Shown here: positions 18,678 to 28,756 of the stretch, one piece after another
Layout of the letters: each line of letters opens with the position of its first letter
Numbering within the stretch: the first letter of the stretch is position 1
From: Candidatus Campbellbacteria bacterium
GTDB lineage: Bacteria > Patescibacteriota > Minisyncoccia > Phycocordibacterales > EsbW-18
Length of the DNA stretch: 64,000 bases
Direction: 5' to 3'
Assembly: GCA_024653945.1 (NCBI GenBank)
Contig: JANLIT010000001.1
Coordinates: forward strand, 20,641 to 84,640
Notes under the pieces: model-generated
What the model saw: only the letters and a program-made list of their open reading frames with translations
What the model was told of the DNA's origin: nothing
Database searches by the model: none
Program-made: the position numbers and the translations under genes

Positions 18678-19564
18678 TTTTGTGATATGAGTGTAATTGC
18701 TTTCGTGATAAGTGGCAAAATATCATCGTAAATATTGAGATTGAGAATTTCTGAAATACGAAACCATCGTCCATCATCAAGTCCACCAGATGTGCCGAGT
18801 GTTATTTCATGGAATGGTGCTTCGGCTAAAAAGTACATCACTCGCTTGCGTACTTTTCCTCGTTCAGGATGTGATGCAACATATTCATTTGAACCAAGTT
18901 CATCTTGAATCGTGACCGGAAGACCGAGCTCCTCTTGAATTTCACGCGCGGTTCCCGCTTTCACATCCTCATTTTTTTCAATCTTTCCTTTTGAAAGTGT
19001 CCAGTGCCCGAACACGTCATGCACAAAGGCGACGTAAATATCCTTTTCGTGCTTTGCGTAGACCACGGCACCACCGAGCATCTCCAATGGTAATTCATCG
19101 TACGGAACGTCTTTCTTTTTCTTTGACTGTTCGTCTTTGCCTGGCTCGCCCATTTCTTTATATACAGAACCAAGCACGCCGTTCACAAAACGACTCGACG
19201 TGTCTCCACCAAATGTTTTGGCAAGTTCAATAGCTTCGTTGATGGCAACTTTTGCAGGAACATGCGCACGGTCACCAAACAATAATTCGTACAGCCCGAG
19301 GCGCAGAACACTTCGGTCAACAAGAGAAATTTTATCTATGGGCCACTCGGGAGCTGCTTTTTGGATAATAGTATCAAGGTCGGTTTGTCGTTCAATAACA
19401 CCATGCATCAGTGCGCGCATAAAATCACGCTCGCCAATACCAGGCGCATATTCCTCAATAGTATTTTGGAGAATCGAATCAACCTCTTTCAGATTAACAG
19501 TAGAAAAATCTATCTGAAAAAGAGTTTGAAGAACAACTGATCGTGCGAGATGTCGATTACTCAT
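18674..19564 (-). CDS. nusB: NusB transcription antitermination factor fused to a C-terminal NUDIX hydrolase domain
   Basis: N-terminal half (RHLARSVVLQTLFQIDF...INEAIELAKTFGGDTSSRFVNGVLGSVYKE) is NusB. C-terminal half carries a Nudix box (GKIEKNEDVKAGTAREIQEELGLP). Confidence 0.8.
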   Translation of the reverse strand: MSNRHLARSVVLQTLFQIDFSTVNLKEVDSILQNTIEEYAPGIGERDFMRALMHGVIERQTDLDTIIQKAAPEWPIDKISLVDRSVLRLGLYELLFGDRAHVPAKVAINEAIELAKTFGGDTSSRFVNGVLGSVYKEMGEPGKDEQSKKKKDVPYDELPLEMLGGAVVYAKHEKDIYVAFVHDVFGHWTLSKGKIEKNEDVKAGTAREIQEELGLPVTIQDELGSNEYVASHPERGKVRKRVMYFLAEAPFHEITLGTSGGLDDGRWFRISEILNLNIYDDILPLITKAITLISQK

Positions 19565-19610
19565 GTGGTGTGCAACGCTTTTTCAAACGCTGACGATTTT
19601 TTCGATGAAA

Positions 19611-19895
19611 CTATTTTACTGTTTTCTTAGTCTCCTCTTTGTCTGCTTTTGGTGTTTTGGCTACAGCTTCTCCACGTGCTCGAATTTTTACTTGTTTGCG
19701 ACGAAGGGAGCGTTCTTGCTTGCCCTTTGCGTCAAGGACTGTCCGCCCTCGGTAGATACCACACACAGAACACGCTTGGTGTCGGATATGTTTTGAGCCA
19801 CAAGATGAACACGTTGAAAGACGTGGCTCTGTGAGCGCGTGGTGGGAACGTCGGCTTCCCGTCTGTCCTACTGTATGTCGCATTCGAACGGTCAT
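19611..19895 (-). CDS. rpmF: 50S ribosomal protein L32 with a Lys-rich C-terminal extension
   Basis: RRSHHALT...CSSCGSKHIRHQACSVCGIYRGR matches the L32 zinc-ribbon core. Confidence 0.7.
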   Translation of the reverse strand: MTVRMRHTVGQTGSRRSHHALTEPRLSTCSSCGSKHIRHQACSVCGIYRGRTVLDAKGKQERSLRRKQVKIRARGEAVAKTPKADKEETKKTVK

Positions 19896-19930
19896 ATGAA
19901 AAATACTATAGCACGTCAGATAATTTCATG

Positions 19931-19970
19931 CAAAAAGAAAAAGCCCGGTGCGGTTTGAACGCACGCGGGC
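19931..19970 (-). terminator. intrinsic terminator of the GC-rich NUDIX cassette
   Basis: Stem gcccggtgcg / cgcacgcgggc, followed on the minus strand by tttttcttttt. Confidence 0.7.
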
Positions 19971-19991
19971 TTCGGCGAAGGACTGTTCGGG

Positions 19992-20468
19992 TCAGATGAG
20001 ACCCTCGTTCTGGGCGAGGTAGTAGAAAGCCGGAAGCTTGTTCACCCCCCATGCGATGACCTTCTTGAGTGCCTCCCGATGAGAGTAGACCACCATCTCC
20101 CTACTGAGAAGAGAGTGGTCGATCTTGGTCCAGACAGGAGGTGGGAGTGTGTCTCCGTTGTCCTGCTTGACCTCGGTTCGAATATCTCCCTTCCACTTCG
20201 TGGCACCCCAGAAATCTCTGAGGGACAAGGGATTGTTGGGGTCTTCACAGCTGACCACTCGCTCTGCATTGAGCGGGGTAATGCCCAGCTCTTCGAGGGA
20301 TTCACGGCTCACAGCGGAACTCGGAGTTCCGTCGGTATCTTCCTCCATGCCACCCGGGATTTTGGCCTGCGTCCGCCGACCAAATGGAGGAAGAAGAAGA
20401 ACAAACGGTTCCCCGTTTTCCTCCTTGATGTACGCGATTCCGCAGAACCGAACTGTTTTTCCGCTCAT
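19992..20468 (-). CDS. NUDIX hydrolase (GC-rich, ~55%)
   Basis: Nudix box GGMEEDTDGTPSSAVSRESLEELGI. Strong SD AAGGAGG before the ATG. Confidence 0.7.
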   Translation of the reverse strand: MSGKTVRFCGIAYIKEENGEPFVLLLPPFGRRTQAKIPGGMEEDTDGTPSSAVSRESLEELGITPLNAERVVSCEDPNNPLSLRDFWGATKWKGDIRTEVKQDNGDTLPPPVWTKIDHSLLSREMVVYSHREALKKVIAWGVNKLPAFYYLAQNEGLI

Positions 20469-20571
20469 GGCGGCCTCCTTAGAAAAAAGAAGACGCCTGA
20501 TTAATTCAGGATTCGTCCGAATATATTATATGCTATTTAATATATTTGTCAATACATCGTAAGGTTCGACC

Positions 20572-21189
20572 TTACGGGCGAGTGTTTTCCGTAAGGTCGA
20601 ACCTTGAGGACACGAACCTCCTGCAAAACGTCTTTCGGTGTATGGGCGAAAGTCCCCTTTTAAGCAGTACCTGTATGTGTTTTTTGGTGCCATAGCCTTT
20701 GTGAACTTCAAATCCGTACTCCGGATACTTTTGGGCAAGTTCCACCATGTATTTATCACGTGTTACCTTCGCCACAATTGAAGCAAGTGCAATTGCAAGT
20801 TCTTTCTCATCCCCTTTGATGATAGTTTTTTGATGTATGAACTCTTGTGGTGCTTTTAATCCCCCATCAAGAAGAATCTGTGTGTCCTTGGGCATGTTCA
20901 CCGATTTCAGAGCGTCAAAAATTCCCTGAGCAATGGCGTGGGTAATTCCCTTTAAGTCTATTGTCCGCTCGCTTACCAATTGTGATGTATACGAGAGTGC
21001 GCCTTCTTTTTGTAAGCGCACAATTTCAGAAAACCATACTTCTCGTTTTTTAGGAGAGAGTTTTTTGGAATCGCGCACAATCGGAAATGCTTCTTGAACA
21101 TCAAGAGAGTGAATTGCGACACACGCCACAGACACTGGCCCCGCCAACGGCCCCCTTCCCGCCTCATCAATTCCAATAACAGTTTGCAT
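20572..21189 (-). CDS. rnhB: ribonuclease HII
   Basis: MQTVIGIDEAGRGPLAGPV...DSKKLS...HKGYGT matches RNase HII. Confidence 0.85.
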   Translation of the reverse strand: MQTVIGIDEAGRGPLAGPVSVACVAIHSLDVQEAFPIVRDSKKLSPKKREVWFSEIVRLQKEGALSYTSQLVSERTIDLKGITHAIAQGIFDALKSVNMPKDTQILLDGGLKAPQEFIHQKTIIKGDEKELAIALASIVAKVTRDKYMVELAQKYPEYGFEVHKGYGTKKHIQVLLKRGLSPIHRKTFCRRFVSSRFDLTENTRP

Positions 21190-21292
21190 CTCGAAATTGT
21201 ACCACTCTCTAAGTCTCAAGACGTTGCCTTGAGGAGATTTTGACATTTGTCATTTGGATTTTGAAATCTCTCTCCACAGGAAACTTTTCTGA

Positions 21293-24200
21293 ATGGGCGT
21301 GTACAATAGGAATATGTCTGCACCCTTCGTCCATTTGCACACACACTCCCACTATTCTCTTCTTTCTGCGCTTCCAAAAATAAAAGCGCTTATTGCGAAA
21401 GCGGTTGAATTGAAAATGCCCGCACTCGCACTCACCGATAATGGCAACATGTATGGTGCGATTGAATTTTACAAAGCATGCATTAAAGCAGAAATTAATC
21501 CAATTCTTGGTGTTGATTTTTATGTTGCATCTCGCACACGTTTTGACAAAGAAGCGGGCATAGACGCCAAGCGCGATCGGCTCGTTCTTTTGGCAATAAA
21601 TGATGTGGGATACAAAAATCTCATCAAACTTGTTACCTATTCGCACACCGAGGGATTTTACTATCGCCCGCGCGTTGACCGAGAACTATTGCAGAAATAT
21701 CATGAGGGACTTATTGCCATTCTCCCCATTTTCAATGGCCCACTTTCAAACGCACTTCGCAACAATGACACAGAGCGCCTGAACAGTGCATTTTCTTTTT
21801 ACCTTGAGACATTTGGAAAAGAAAATCTCTATCTGGAAATTACACACCATCCCGACGTTGATGGACATGAAGCACTTGTGCAAAAAGTAATTGCACTTGC
21901 ACGTGAAAAAAACACACCACTCATCGCCAGCAACGATGTCCACTACCTTTCTCCTGAAGATATGCCGGCACGAAAAACACTCCTCTCCATACAATCTGGT
22001 TCTGACTTCCGTGGTGGCGGTTTTACGTCTTCAGAGGCCGATTTTTCTTTTCTCACATCCGAGGAAATGTACAAACTCTTCAAGGACACGCCAGACGCAC
22101 TTGAAAACACGGTCAAAATTACACAGCGGTGCAAAGTAGAGATTCCGCTTGGCAATTGGCTTTTCCCAACCTTTAACATTCCCAAAGGCACCACGTATGG
22201 AAGTGAGTTGCGACTGCGCGTGGAGGAAGGAGTGGCACGACGCGAACTCACCAAGTCGGCAGAGGTAACAGAACGACTTGAATATGAACTTACTACCATT
22301 ATTTCAAAAGGATATGCGCCATATTTTCTCGTTGTGGCAGATCTTTTAGATTACGCGCGGGAACATACAATTTTGACCAACACTCGTGGTTCCGTTGCTG
22401 GCTCTCTGGTCTCGTACCTCCTCGGTATTACGACAGTGAACCCTCTTGAATATCAGTTACCGTTTGAACGCTTTCTCAACCCCCTACGTCCATCACCTCC
22501 TGATATTGATTTGGATATTGCAGATAACCGTAGGGACGAAATGATTGCCTATGCACGAGAGAAGTATGGGGAGGATAAAGTCGCACAAATTGGAACATTT
22601 GGAACCATGATGGCGCGTGGCGCGGTACGTGATACTGCGCGCGCTCTTGGTTTTGATTACGCGATTGGAGACCAAATTGCAAAACTTATTCCAATGGGCT
22701 CACAAGGTTTTCCTATGGGCCTGGATCGCGCGATGAAAGATGAGAAAGATTTGAAAGCGCTCTATGACCGTGACGAAGATGCCCATCGCATTATTGATAT
22801 GGCAAAAAAGATTGAAGGGTGTGCACGACATATCTCCGTGCACGCCGCGGGAGTAGTGATTTCCCCTATCCCGCTTATTGATATTGTGCCAACACAATTT
22901 GACCCAAAGGGCGAGGGTAAACTACTCACACAATATGACATGCATGCTGTGGAAGATATTGGCTTGCTGAAGCTTGACTTCCTCGGACTCAAAAACCTTG
23001 CCATACTTGCTGAAGCAATTCGCCGTGTGCGAAAGATTTATGATGTTGCTATTGATGTAGAAACACTGCCAATTGATGACACAAAAACATTTGAAATGCT
23101 TGCACGTGGAGATACCATGGCGGTCTTCCAGCTTTCAGGTCAGGCAATGACGCAATTTCTTAAAGAGCTCCGCCCCACAAGTATCCACGACATCAACGCT
23201 ATGGTTGCGCTCTACCGACCGGGTCCGATGAAAAACATTCCTGAATATATTGCACGCAAACACGGAAGGAGTCCTGTGCGGTATATGCATCCCAAGATGA
23301 AAGAGTTCCTTGAACGTTCATACGGTATTCTCGTATACCAAGACGACCTCATGACAACCGCTCTTGAAATTGCCGGCTACACGTGGGAAACGGTGGACAC
23401 GTTTCGTAAAGCAATCGGAAAGAAAATCCCCGTTGAAATGGCAAAACAACACATCATCTTCGTTGAGGGATGTGTTAAAAATTCTGGCATGACCACGGCG
23501 CAAGCAGAGGATATGTGGAAACTCTTTGAACCATTTCAAGGATACGGATTCAACAAAGCACACGCCGCAAGTTACGGACGTTTGGCATACCAAACCGCAT
23601 ACATGAAGGCGCACTACCCCACTGCGTACATGGCGGCCGTACTTTCGGCTGACGCGGGAGATGTTGAAAAAATCTCCGAGCTTATTGCTGGATGTGTCTC
23701 TATGGGAATTGAAGTACTTCCTCCAGATATTAATGAAAGTTATGGTGTTTTCTCCGTCGTTACAAAAGATCTTGCTGAAGATGGCACAGAGAAAATTCGT
23801 TTTGGCCTGCACTCAATTAAAAATCTTGGAGAAGGTATTTCTGACGTTATTATTGAAGAACGCAAGGAACACGGAGTATACGAGTCACTTGAAAATTTTC
23901 TTGAGCGTATTCATGACCGTAACCTCAATAAAAAATCTCTTGAGGCGCTTATTCAATCGGGTTCACTTGATCGTTTTGGCGAACGGGGTCACATGCTCGC
24001 AAACGTTGTAACGCTCTTGGCTTTTAATAAAGAATCATCTGAACGGGGCAAGGCACAGGAATCACTCTTCGGCGCAGGAACAGCTGGTCCGTTTGTATCA
24101 CACATACACCTTGCGGATGCAGAGAGCGCGACCCAGACACAAAAACTTGTCTGGGAAAAAGAACTTCTTGGTTTGTATGTCTCTGGCCATCCGCTGGATG

Positions 24201-24538
24201 TGCACAAAGTATTTCTAGAAAAAGTGCCAACAACTATTGAGAAAATAAAAGCACTTCCTAGTGGTATGACGACGGTTATCTATGGCCTCATTGAAGACGT
24301 GCGCCCTATTATGACAAAGAAAAATGAAAAGATGGCGTTTGTGCACATCAGTGATTTTACAGGAACACTTGAATTAGTACTTTTTCCAAAATCGTATGAT
24401 GAATTCAAAAATATTCTGATTCCTGGAGCGTGTATCGGTGCAAAGGGGAAAATTTCTGTACGCAACGGAGAAATGAGTATGCTCGCTGACAAAGTAAAAT
24501 TGCTTGGTAATGCGCCCGAAGTAGCGCCCGTTAAATAA
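21293..24538 (+). CDS. dnaE: DNA polymerase III alpha subunit (PHP, polymerase core and OB domains)
   Basis: PHP motif HLHTHSHYSLL, with DnaE-type conserved blocks throughout 1081 aa. Confidence 0.95.
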   Translation: MGVYNRNMSAPFVHLHTHSHYSLLSALPKIKALIAKAVELKMPALALTDNGNMYGAIEFYKACIKAEINPILGVDFYVASRTRFDKEAGIDAKRDRLVLLAINDVGYKNLIKLVTYSHTEGFYYRPRVDRELLQKYHEGLIAILPIFNGPLSNALRNNDTERLNSAFSFYLETFGKENLYLEITHHPDVDGHEALVQKVIALAREKNTPLIASNDVHYLSPEDMPARKTLLSIQSGSDFRGGGFTSSEADFSFLTSEEMYKLFKDTPDALENTVKITQRCKVEIPLGNWLFPTFNIPKGTTYGSELRLRVEEGVARRELTKSAEVTERLEYELTTIISKGYAPYFLVVADLLDYAREHTILTNTRGSVAGSLVSYLLGITTVNPLEYQLPFERFLNPLRPSPPDIDLDIADNRRDEMIAYAREKYGEDKVAQIGTFGTMMARGAVRDTARALGFDYAIGDQIAKLIPMGSQGFPMGLDRAMKDEKDLKALYDRDEDAHRIIDMAKKIEGCARHISVHAAGVVISPIPLIDIVPTQFDPKGEGKLLTQYDMHAVEDIGLLKLDFLGLKNLAILAEAIRRVRKIYDVAIDVETLPIDDTKTFEMLARGDTMAVFQLSGQAMTQFLKELRPTSIHDINAMVALYRPGPMKNIPEYIARKHGRSPVRYMHPKMKEFLERSYGILVYQDDLMTTALEIAGYTWETVDTFRKAIGKKIPVEMAKQHIIFVEGCVKNSGMTTAQAEDMWKLFEPFQGYGFNKAHAASYGRLAYQTAYMKAHYPTAYMAAVLSADAGDVEKISELIAGCVSMGIEVLPPDINESYGVFSVVTKDLAEDGTEKIRFGLHSIKNLGEGISDVIIEERKEHGVYESLENFLERIHDRNLNKKSLEALIQSGSLDRFGERGHMLANVVTLLAFNKESSERGKAQESLFGAGTAGPFVSHIHLADAESATQTQKLVWEKELLGLYVSGHPLDVHKVFLEKVPTTIEKIKALPSGMTTVIYGLIEDVRPIMTKKNEKMAFVHISDFTGTLELVLFPKSYDEFKNILIPGACIGAKGKISVRNGEMSMLADKVKLLGNAPEVAPVK

Positions 24539-24542
24539 AAAA

Positions 24543-24565
24543 CGCCTCAGCCGGTGGCCGAGGCG
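24543..24565 (-). terminator. GC-rich hairpin overlapping the stop of the 24547-25023 gene, with a T-tract on the minus strand
   Basis: cgcctcagcc ggt ggccgaggcg, preceded on the + strand by aaataaaaaa (a T-run after the hairpin on the minus strand). Confidence 0.55.
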
Positions 24566-25023
24566 CTCTGCAGGAAGGATGGTGGCACCAGTAGTGGCCA
24601 CGCATCCAGATAGAGAGACCAGTCAACAGCTGGTCGCTTTTTTCTTGTGTGGTAAACCCACGAGCATTGCACCGGCAGATAGAAGCGCTTGAAGGCAACG
24701 CCCTCAGGAAATCTTTGAAGGAACACGCTATTCGGAATAATGAGAAGCAACTCCTCCTCGCCATCATGCATACAAAACGACACGAAGGTGAAGTCAGAAT
24801 CCTCGAGCGCTGACCGCGAGACACCCAGCATCGCGTAGTACCTGTCTCCGACCTCACGCATGTTTGTGAGGTGGTGCAGGCGACAATGAAGACCGTTGAC
24901 GAGAAACCGAGTTCTACTCACGGTCTTCATGCGATTTCCGTATAGCAAGTTCACGCGCTCCACAAAGAACCCGCACGCTCTTGCCTCTGCAAAAACGCGA
25001 TCCATCAGTTCGCTGTTGACCAT
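24547..25023 (-). CDS. hypothetical protein (158 aa) in a GC-rich (~50%) cassette
   Basis: The ATG at 25023 is preceded by GGAGGAG. The protein is His/Cys-containing and I recognise no family. It is convergent with dnaE and overlaps the thrS 5' region on the opposite strand. Confidence 0.45.
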   Translation of the reverse strand: MVNSELMDRVFAEARACGFFVERVNLLYGNRMKTVSRTRFLVNGLHCRLHHLTNMREVGDRYYAMLGVSRSALEDSDFTFVSFCMHDGEEELLLIIPNSVFLQRFPEGVAFKRFYLPVQCSWVYHTRKKRPAVDWSLYLDAWPLLVPPSFLQSASATG

Positions 25024-25099
25024 GTTCTCCTCCCATAGTAAGAGCAGTTGAAGAGTCTGCCAGAAACTATATACTACAGAGGTAGTACAAGTAATTATT

Positions 25100-26842
25100 T
25101 TGATTATGAATAAACATACCCCAGAAGAACTTGCCCCGATGCGCCACACGCTCTCGCACCTCATGGCCGCGGCAGTTTTAGAAATATATCCAGATGCAAA
25201 GCCGACCCTGGGGCCTGCCGTGGACAATGGTTTTTACTACGACTTTGACTTTCCTACCCCAATTGTCGACACTGACCTCAAGGAAATTCAGAAGCGGATG
25301 AAAAAAATGCTGTCATCGTGGAAAGAGTTTACACATGAGGAGGTTTCAAAAGAAGATGCACTTAAACGATTTGCAGGGAACGAATACAAAGAAGAACTCA
25401 TCAATGAGATTGCTTCCCGTGGGGAAAAAATAACACTCTACACATGTGGAGGATTTACCGATTTATGTCGTGGGGGACATGTTGACCATCCATCACAAGA
25501 TATTGATGCCGACAGTTTCAAAATCTCACATCTTGCCGGTGCGTACTGGCGCGGAGATGAAAAAAATAAAATGCTCACACGCATCTATGGTTTTGCATTT
25601 GCAACAAAAGAAGACCTTGAAGCATACGAGACACAAATTGAAGAGGCAAAAAAACGTGACCATAAGAAACTTGGACGCGAACTAGGTTTGTTTATGTTTC
25701 ACGAGACGGCACCAGGTATGCCATATTGGCTCCCTAAAGGACTTATTGTCTATAACGAGCTAGTTAACTTTTGGCGAGAAGAACACACACGTTTAGGCTA
25801 CCAAGAAATTGCCAGTCCGCTTGTAAACAAAGCTGAACTCTGGCACACATCTGGGCACTGGGAACACTACAAGGAAGATATGTTTATTGCGGACATGGGA
25901 GAAAATGAAGTATATGGAATTAAACCAATGAACTGTCCAAACGCCATGATAGTGTTTCAGTCTATGCAAGTAAGTTACCGAGACCTTCCTCTTCGACTTT
26001 CAGACACTGACCGTTTACACCGATACGAGCGTTCAGGAACACTCAACGGTCTCTTGCGCGTTCGCTCCTTCCAACAGGACGATTCTCACAACTTTATCTC
26101 AGAGGACATGATTGCATCAGAGTACGAACATATTTTTGAAATATGTAAAAAATTCTATGGTATTTTTGGTCTCGACTACTCATTCCGTATGGGGACACGT
26201 CCAGAAAAGTTCCTTGGTGATAAAGAGACCTGGGATAAGGCAGAAGAGGCACTACGAGGTATTCTTGAAAAATCAGATAAAGAGTATGTTGTTGCCGAAG
26301 GTGATGGCGCATTTTACGGTCCAAAAATCGATATTATTATGAAAGATACACTTGGCCGTGATTGGCAGATGGGCACCATACAGCTGGACTTCCAACTTCC
26401 TCGTCGGTTTGATCTCTCCTATGCCGCTGCAGATGGTACCAAGAAAACACCCGTTGTTGTTCACCGAGTCATTTACGGTTCTCTAGAACGCTTCATTGGT
26501 ATTATCATTGAGCATTTTGCTGGCGCACTTCCAACATGGCTCTCACCGATACAAATCTCCATCTTGCCCATTTCTGAAAAACATCTCACAAAAGCACGAG
26601 AACTAACCACGGCTCTGCAATCAGAAAACATCCGTGTACATTGTGATGATTCAAACGAGACACTTGGCAAAAAGATTCGTACGTGGAAGATAGGAAAAAA
26701 CCCATACGCACTTGTTCTCGGTGATAAAGAGGTAGAGAGTGGTGAACTCACGCTTGAAAAACGCTCTGGTGAAAAGGAAACCATTTCTCTTGAGGCACTT
26801 ATTGCAAAACTAAAAACAGAAATCTCAACCCGAGCTCTCTAA
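25100..26842 (+). CDS. thrS: threonyl-tRNA synthetase (no N-terminal TGS domain)
   Basis: HLMAAAVLEIYPDAKPTLGPAVDNGFYYDFDF marks the start of the editing/second domain. Class II motifs and an anticodon-binding C-terminus are present. Confidence 0.9.
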   Translation: MIMNKHTPEELAPMRHTLSHLMAAAVLEIYPDAKPTLGPAVDNGFYYDFDFPTPIVDTDLKEIQKRMKKMLSSWKEFTHEEVSKEDALKRFAGNEYKEELINEIASRGEKITLYTCGGFTDLCRGGHVDHPSQDIDADSFKISHLAGAYWRGDEKNKMLTRIYGFAFATKEDLEAYETQIEEAKKRDHKKLGRELGLFMFHETAPGMPYWLPKGLIVYNELVNFWREEHTRLGYQEIASPLVNKAELWHTSGHWEHYKEDMFIADMGENEVYGIKPMNCPNAMIVFQSMQVSYRDLPLRLSDTDRLHRYERSGTLNGLLRVRSFQQDDSHNFISEDMIASEYEHIFEICKKFYGIFGLDYSFRMGTRPEKFLGDKETWDKAEEALRGILEKSDKEYVVAEGDGAFYGPKIDIIMKDTLGRDWQMGTIQLDFQLPRRFDLSYAAADGTKKTPVVVHRVIYGSLERFIGIIIEHFAGALPTWLSPIQISILPISEKHLTKARELTTALQSENIRVHCDDSNETLGKKIRTWKIGKNPYALVLGDKEVESGELTLEKRSGEKETISLEALIAKLKTEISTRAL

Positions 26843-26850
26843 ACATACAA

Positions 26851-26890
26851 AAAACCACCAGTTTTTTCGAACGGTGGTTTTTTGTATTTT
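26851..26890. terminator. bidirectional intrinsic terminator between thrS (+) and the DoxX gene (-)
   Basis: aaaaccacc / ggtggtttt stem with A/T tracts on both sides. Confidence 0.6.
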
Positions 26891-26899
26891 CGAAAATCT

Positions 26900-27268
26900 T
26901 TAGAAAAGTACCAGGGATCCACCTCCACCAAGAAGAAGTACGAGTGCTCCGGCAAGTAACACAATATCAAATTCCCATCCCATTTTATCCATAGCAGAGA
27001 AGGGTACGTGCCACTTTACTAACTTAAAGTAGAGAGCGCCAAGCATAACAATCGCAAGGCCGAGGGCGGATAGTTTAAAAAGAAGACCGGTGATAACACC
27101 GAGTCCACCAAGTATTTCAACTAACCCAACAAACAACACCATGCCGGCAGACATGCCCACCATCGGAGCAAGTTTTTTTGCGCTTCTCACTTTTGGAAGC
27201 CCGTGGTAGATAAAGACAACTCCCATTGCTAGGCGAAGTGCTAAAAGTCCTAAATTACTGTAGTCCAT
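26900..27268 (-). CDS. DoxX-family membrane protein
   Basis: 122 aa with 4 TM helices. The LALRLAMGVVFIYHGLPK motif is typical of DoxX. Confidence 0.65.
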   Translation of the reverse strand: MDYSNLGLLALRLAMGVVFIYHGLPKVRSAKKLAPMVGMSAGMVLFVGLVEILGGLGVITGLLFKLSALGLAIVMLGALYFKLVKWHVPFSAMDKMGWEFDIVLLAGALVLLLGGGGSLVLF

Positions 27269-27391
27269 AGTAAGAGATTAATATATAAAAGATACATCTA
27301 GTAGTATACCGCATAAAAGAAAACGCCCCGCATCTCTCTGAACAAATCCAGAAAGGTGTAGGGCGTGAGGTGCAACGGAGAAGAAGAAAAC

Positions 27392-28249
27392 CTACTGGGA
27401 GGGCCAGGTGGGCATGAAGCCCTTCGGTTCTGGGATTACTCGACCCGGCGCGAAGGGTGACTCCATCACCGCACCAGTCCACCGAGACATGTCTCCCGTT
27501 TCAAAGCCATCCCGAAAGATGTCAGGTGTCCAAAGAACAACGGTTGTCGTCCCGCTGTTCTGGTACCCGTTCACCGAGTACCCGCCAGAGATGATGATGT
27601 TCTCCGTACGAATGTACTCGGCGGTCTCGTCGAGAATCGCCTGATCCGGGGTCGTTCCCCCAGGCCAGTATCCGTTCCCGACACCAACGTAGTAGAGCGC
27701 ATCCAAAACCGTCGAGTCGGATTCGCCGGAATTGTAGACGATGTCGTCACCGCCACCGAGTACCCGGTCGGGACCGTAGTTCACCCCTACACGCGTCGTT
27801 CCGTTGAGGGTTGTACCGACGAGGCTACCGATGTAGTTGAGCTGGCCGTCCGAGCTCAGAATGGCGAACTGAACGTTCGCCAAGGTGAACCACTCCAAAC
27901 CGTCGCCCAAGGCGACGAGCCCGAAGTGCATCCTGTTGCCATACTCGCCGTTGAATGGTGCTGGAGGTTCCGAGATGCCGCGCCACGAGCTGAAGCTCGT
28001 GACCATGACGTCGCCCGGGAAGTACCGGACGAGCGCCGAGTACGCTGTTGGGTCCGTCTCGCGGTCTCCAACGACCGAAAGACCGTTTTGAAGCGCGTTC
28101 ATGGCGTTCGCCAGGTAACCGCTCCAGCTCGGCGAGCCGAAGCCATTCGGCGCCGGCGAAGCATAGACATTGACCAAGATGTCGGCCGATACTGCCGTCG
28201 GCAAAGCGACGACGAACAGAACTGCGAGGACTACGACGAATCTCTTCAT
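27392..28249 (-). CDS. secreted hypothetical protein, GC-rich (~58%)
   Basis: ATG at 28249 with an AAGGAG SD. Signal peptide MKRFVVVLAVLFVVALPTAVSA. Gly/Asn/Thr-rich, beta-rich-looking. Confidence 0.5.
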   Translation of the reverse strand: MKRFVVVLAVLFVVALPTAVSADILVNVYASPAPNGFGSPSWSGYLANAMNALQNGLSVVGDRETDPTAYSALVRYFPGDVMVTSFSSWRGISEPPAPFNGEYGNRMHFGLVALGDGLEWFTLANVQFAILSSDGQLNYIGSLVGTTLNGTTRVGVNYGPDRVLGGGDDIVYNSGESDSTVLDALYYVGVGNGYWPGGTTPDQAILDETAEYIRTENIIISGGYSVNGYQNSGTTTVVLWTPDIFRDGFETGDMSRWTGAVMESPFAPGRVIPEPKGFMPTWPSQ

Positions 28250-28353
28250 CTTTCTTCTCCTTGTTGTTAGAGAACAAAAAAGAGGCACGATGCCTCCTCA
28301 TAACCACAAGAATTCTACATTATTCTCATGTTCTTGTCTAGACCACCCTTCTC

Positions 28354-28755
28354 TCACCCACGCTCATTTTTAAACTTCTCTCGTTCACGCTTCCGTACTC
28401 CTTTTTCGTCAAGACCAAAGTGGTGACCGATTTCGTGCCACAGTGTTTCGTATATAACGTCGGGAAGTGTTTTGCCTAACTCCTGTGCATGCCTTTCCAA
28501 GGGTGTTTTGTACAATGTGATAACGTCGGGATACGCAAAACCAGCGTCGTTACTTCGTTTTGTTCTTGGAACGCCGGTGTACAGTCCGAGAAGATCTGAC
28601 TGAGGAGAAAGCTTCAGTTTTTTCCTCGTTTTTTCATCAACACTTTCTTCAACAAGTATGGCAACATTTTTCACAAGCATGCGAAATTTCTCCGGAAGAC
28701 GCACAAACGCTTCCTGTACCATGGCTTCAAATTCTTCACGTGAGATTGCTGTCAT
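28354..28755 (-). CDS. zincin-like metallopeptidase (HExxH; DUF1025/Zincin_1-like)
   Basis: WHEIGHHFGL motif in a ~130-aa protein. Likely start is the Met at 28755. Confidence 0.55.
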   Translation of the reverse strand: MTAISREEFEAMVQEAFVRLPEKFRMLVKNVAILVEESVDEKTRKKLKLSPQSDLLGLYTGVPRTKRSNDAGFAYPDVITLYKTPLERHAQELGKTLPDVIYETLWHEIGHHFGLDEKGVRKREREKFKNERG

Positions 28756-28756
28756 A

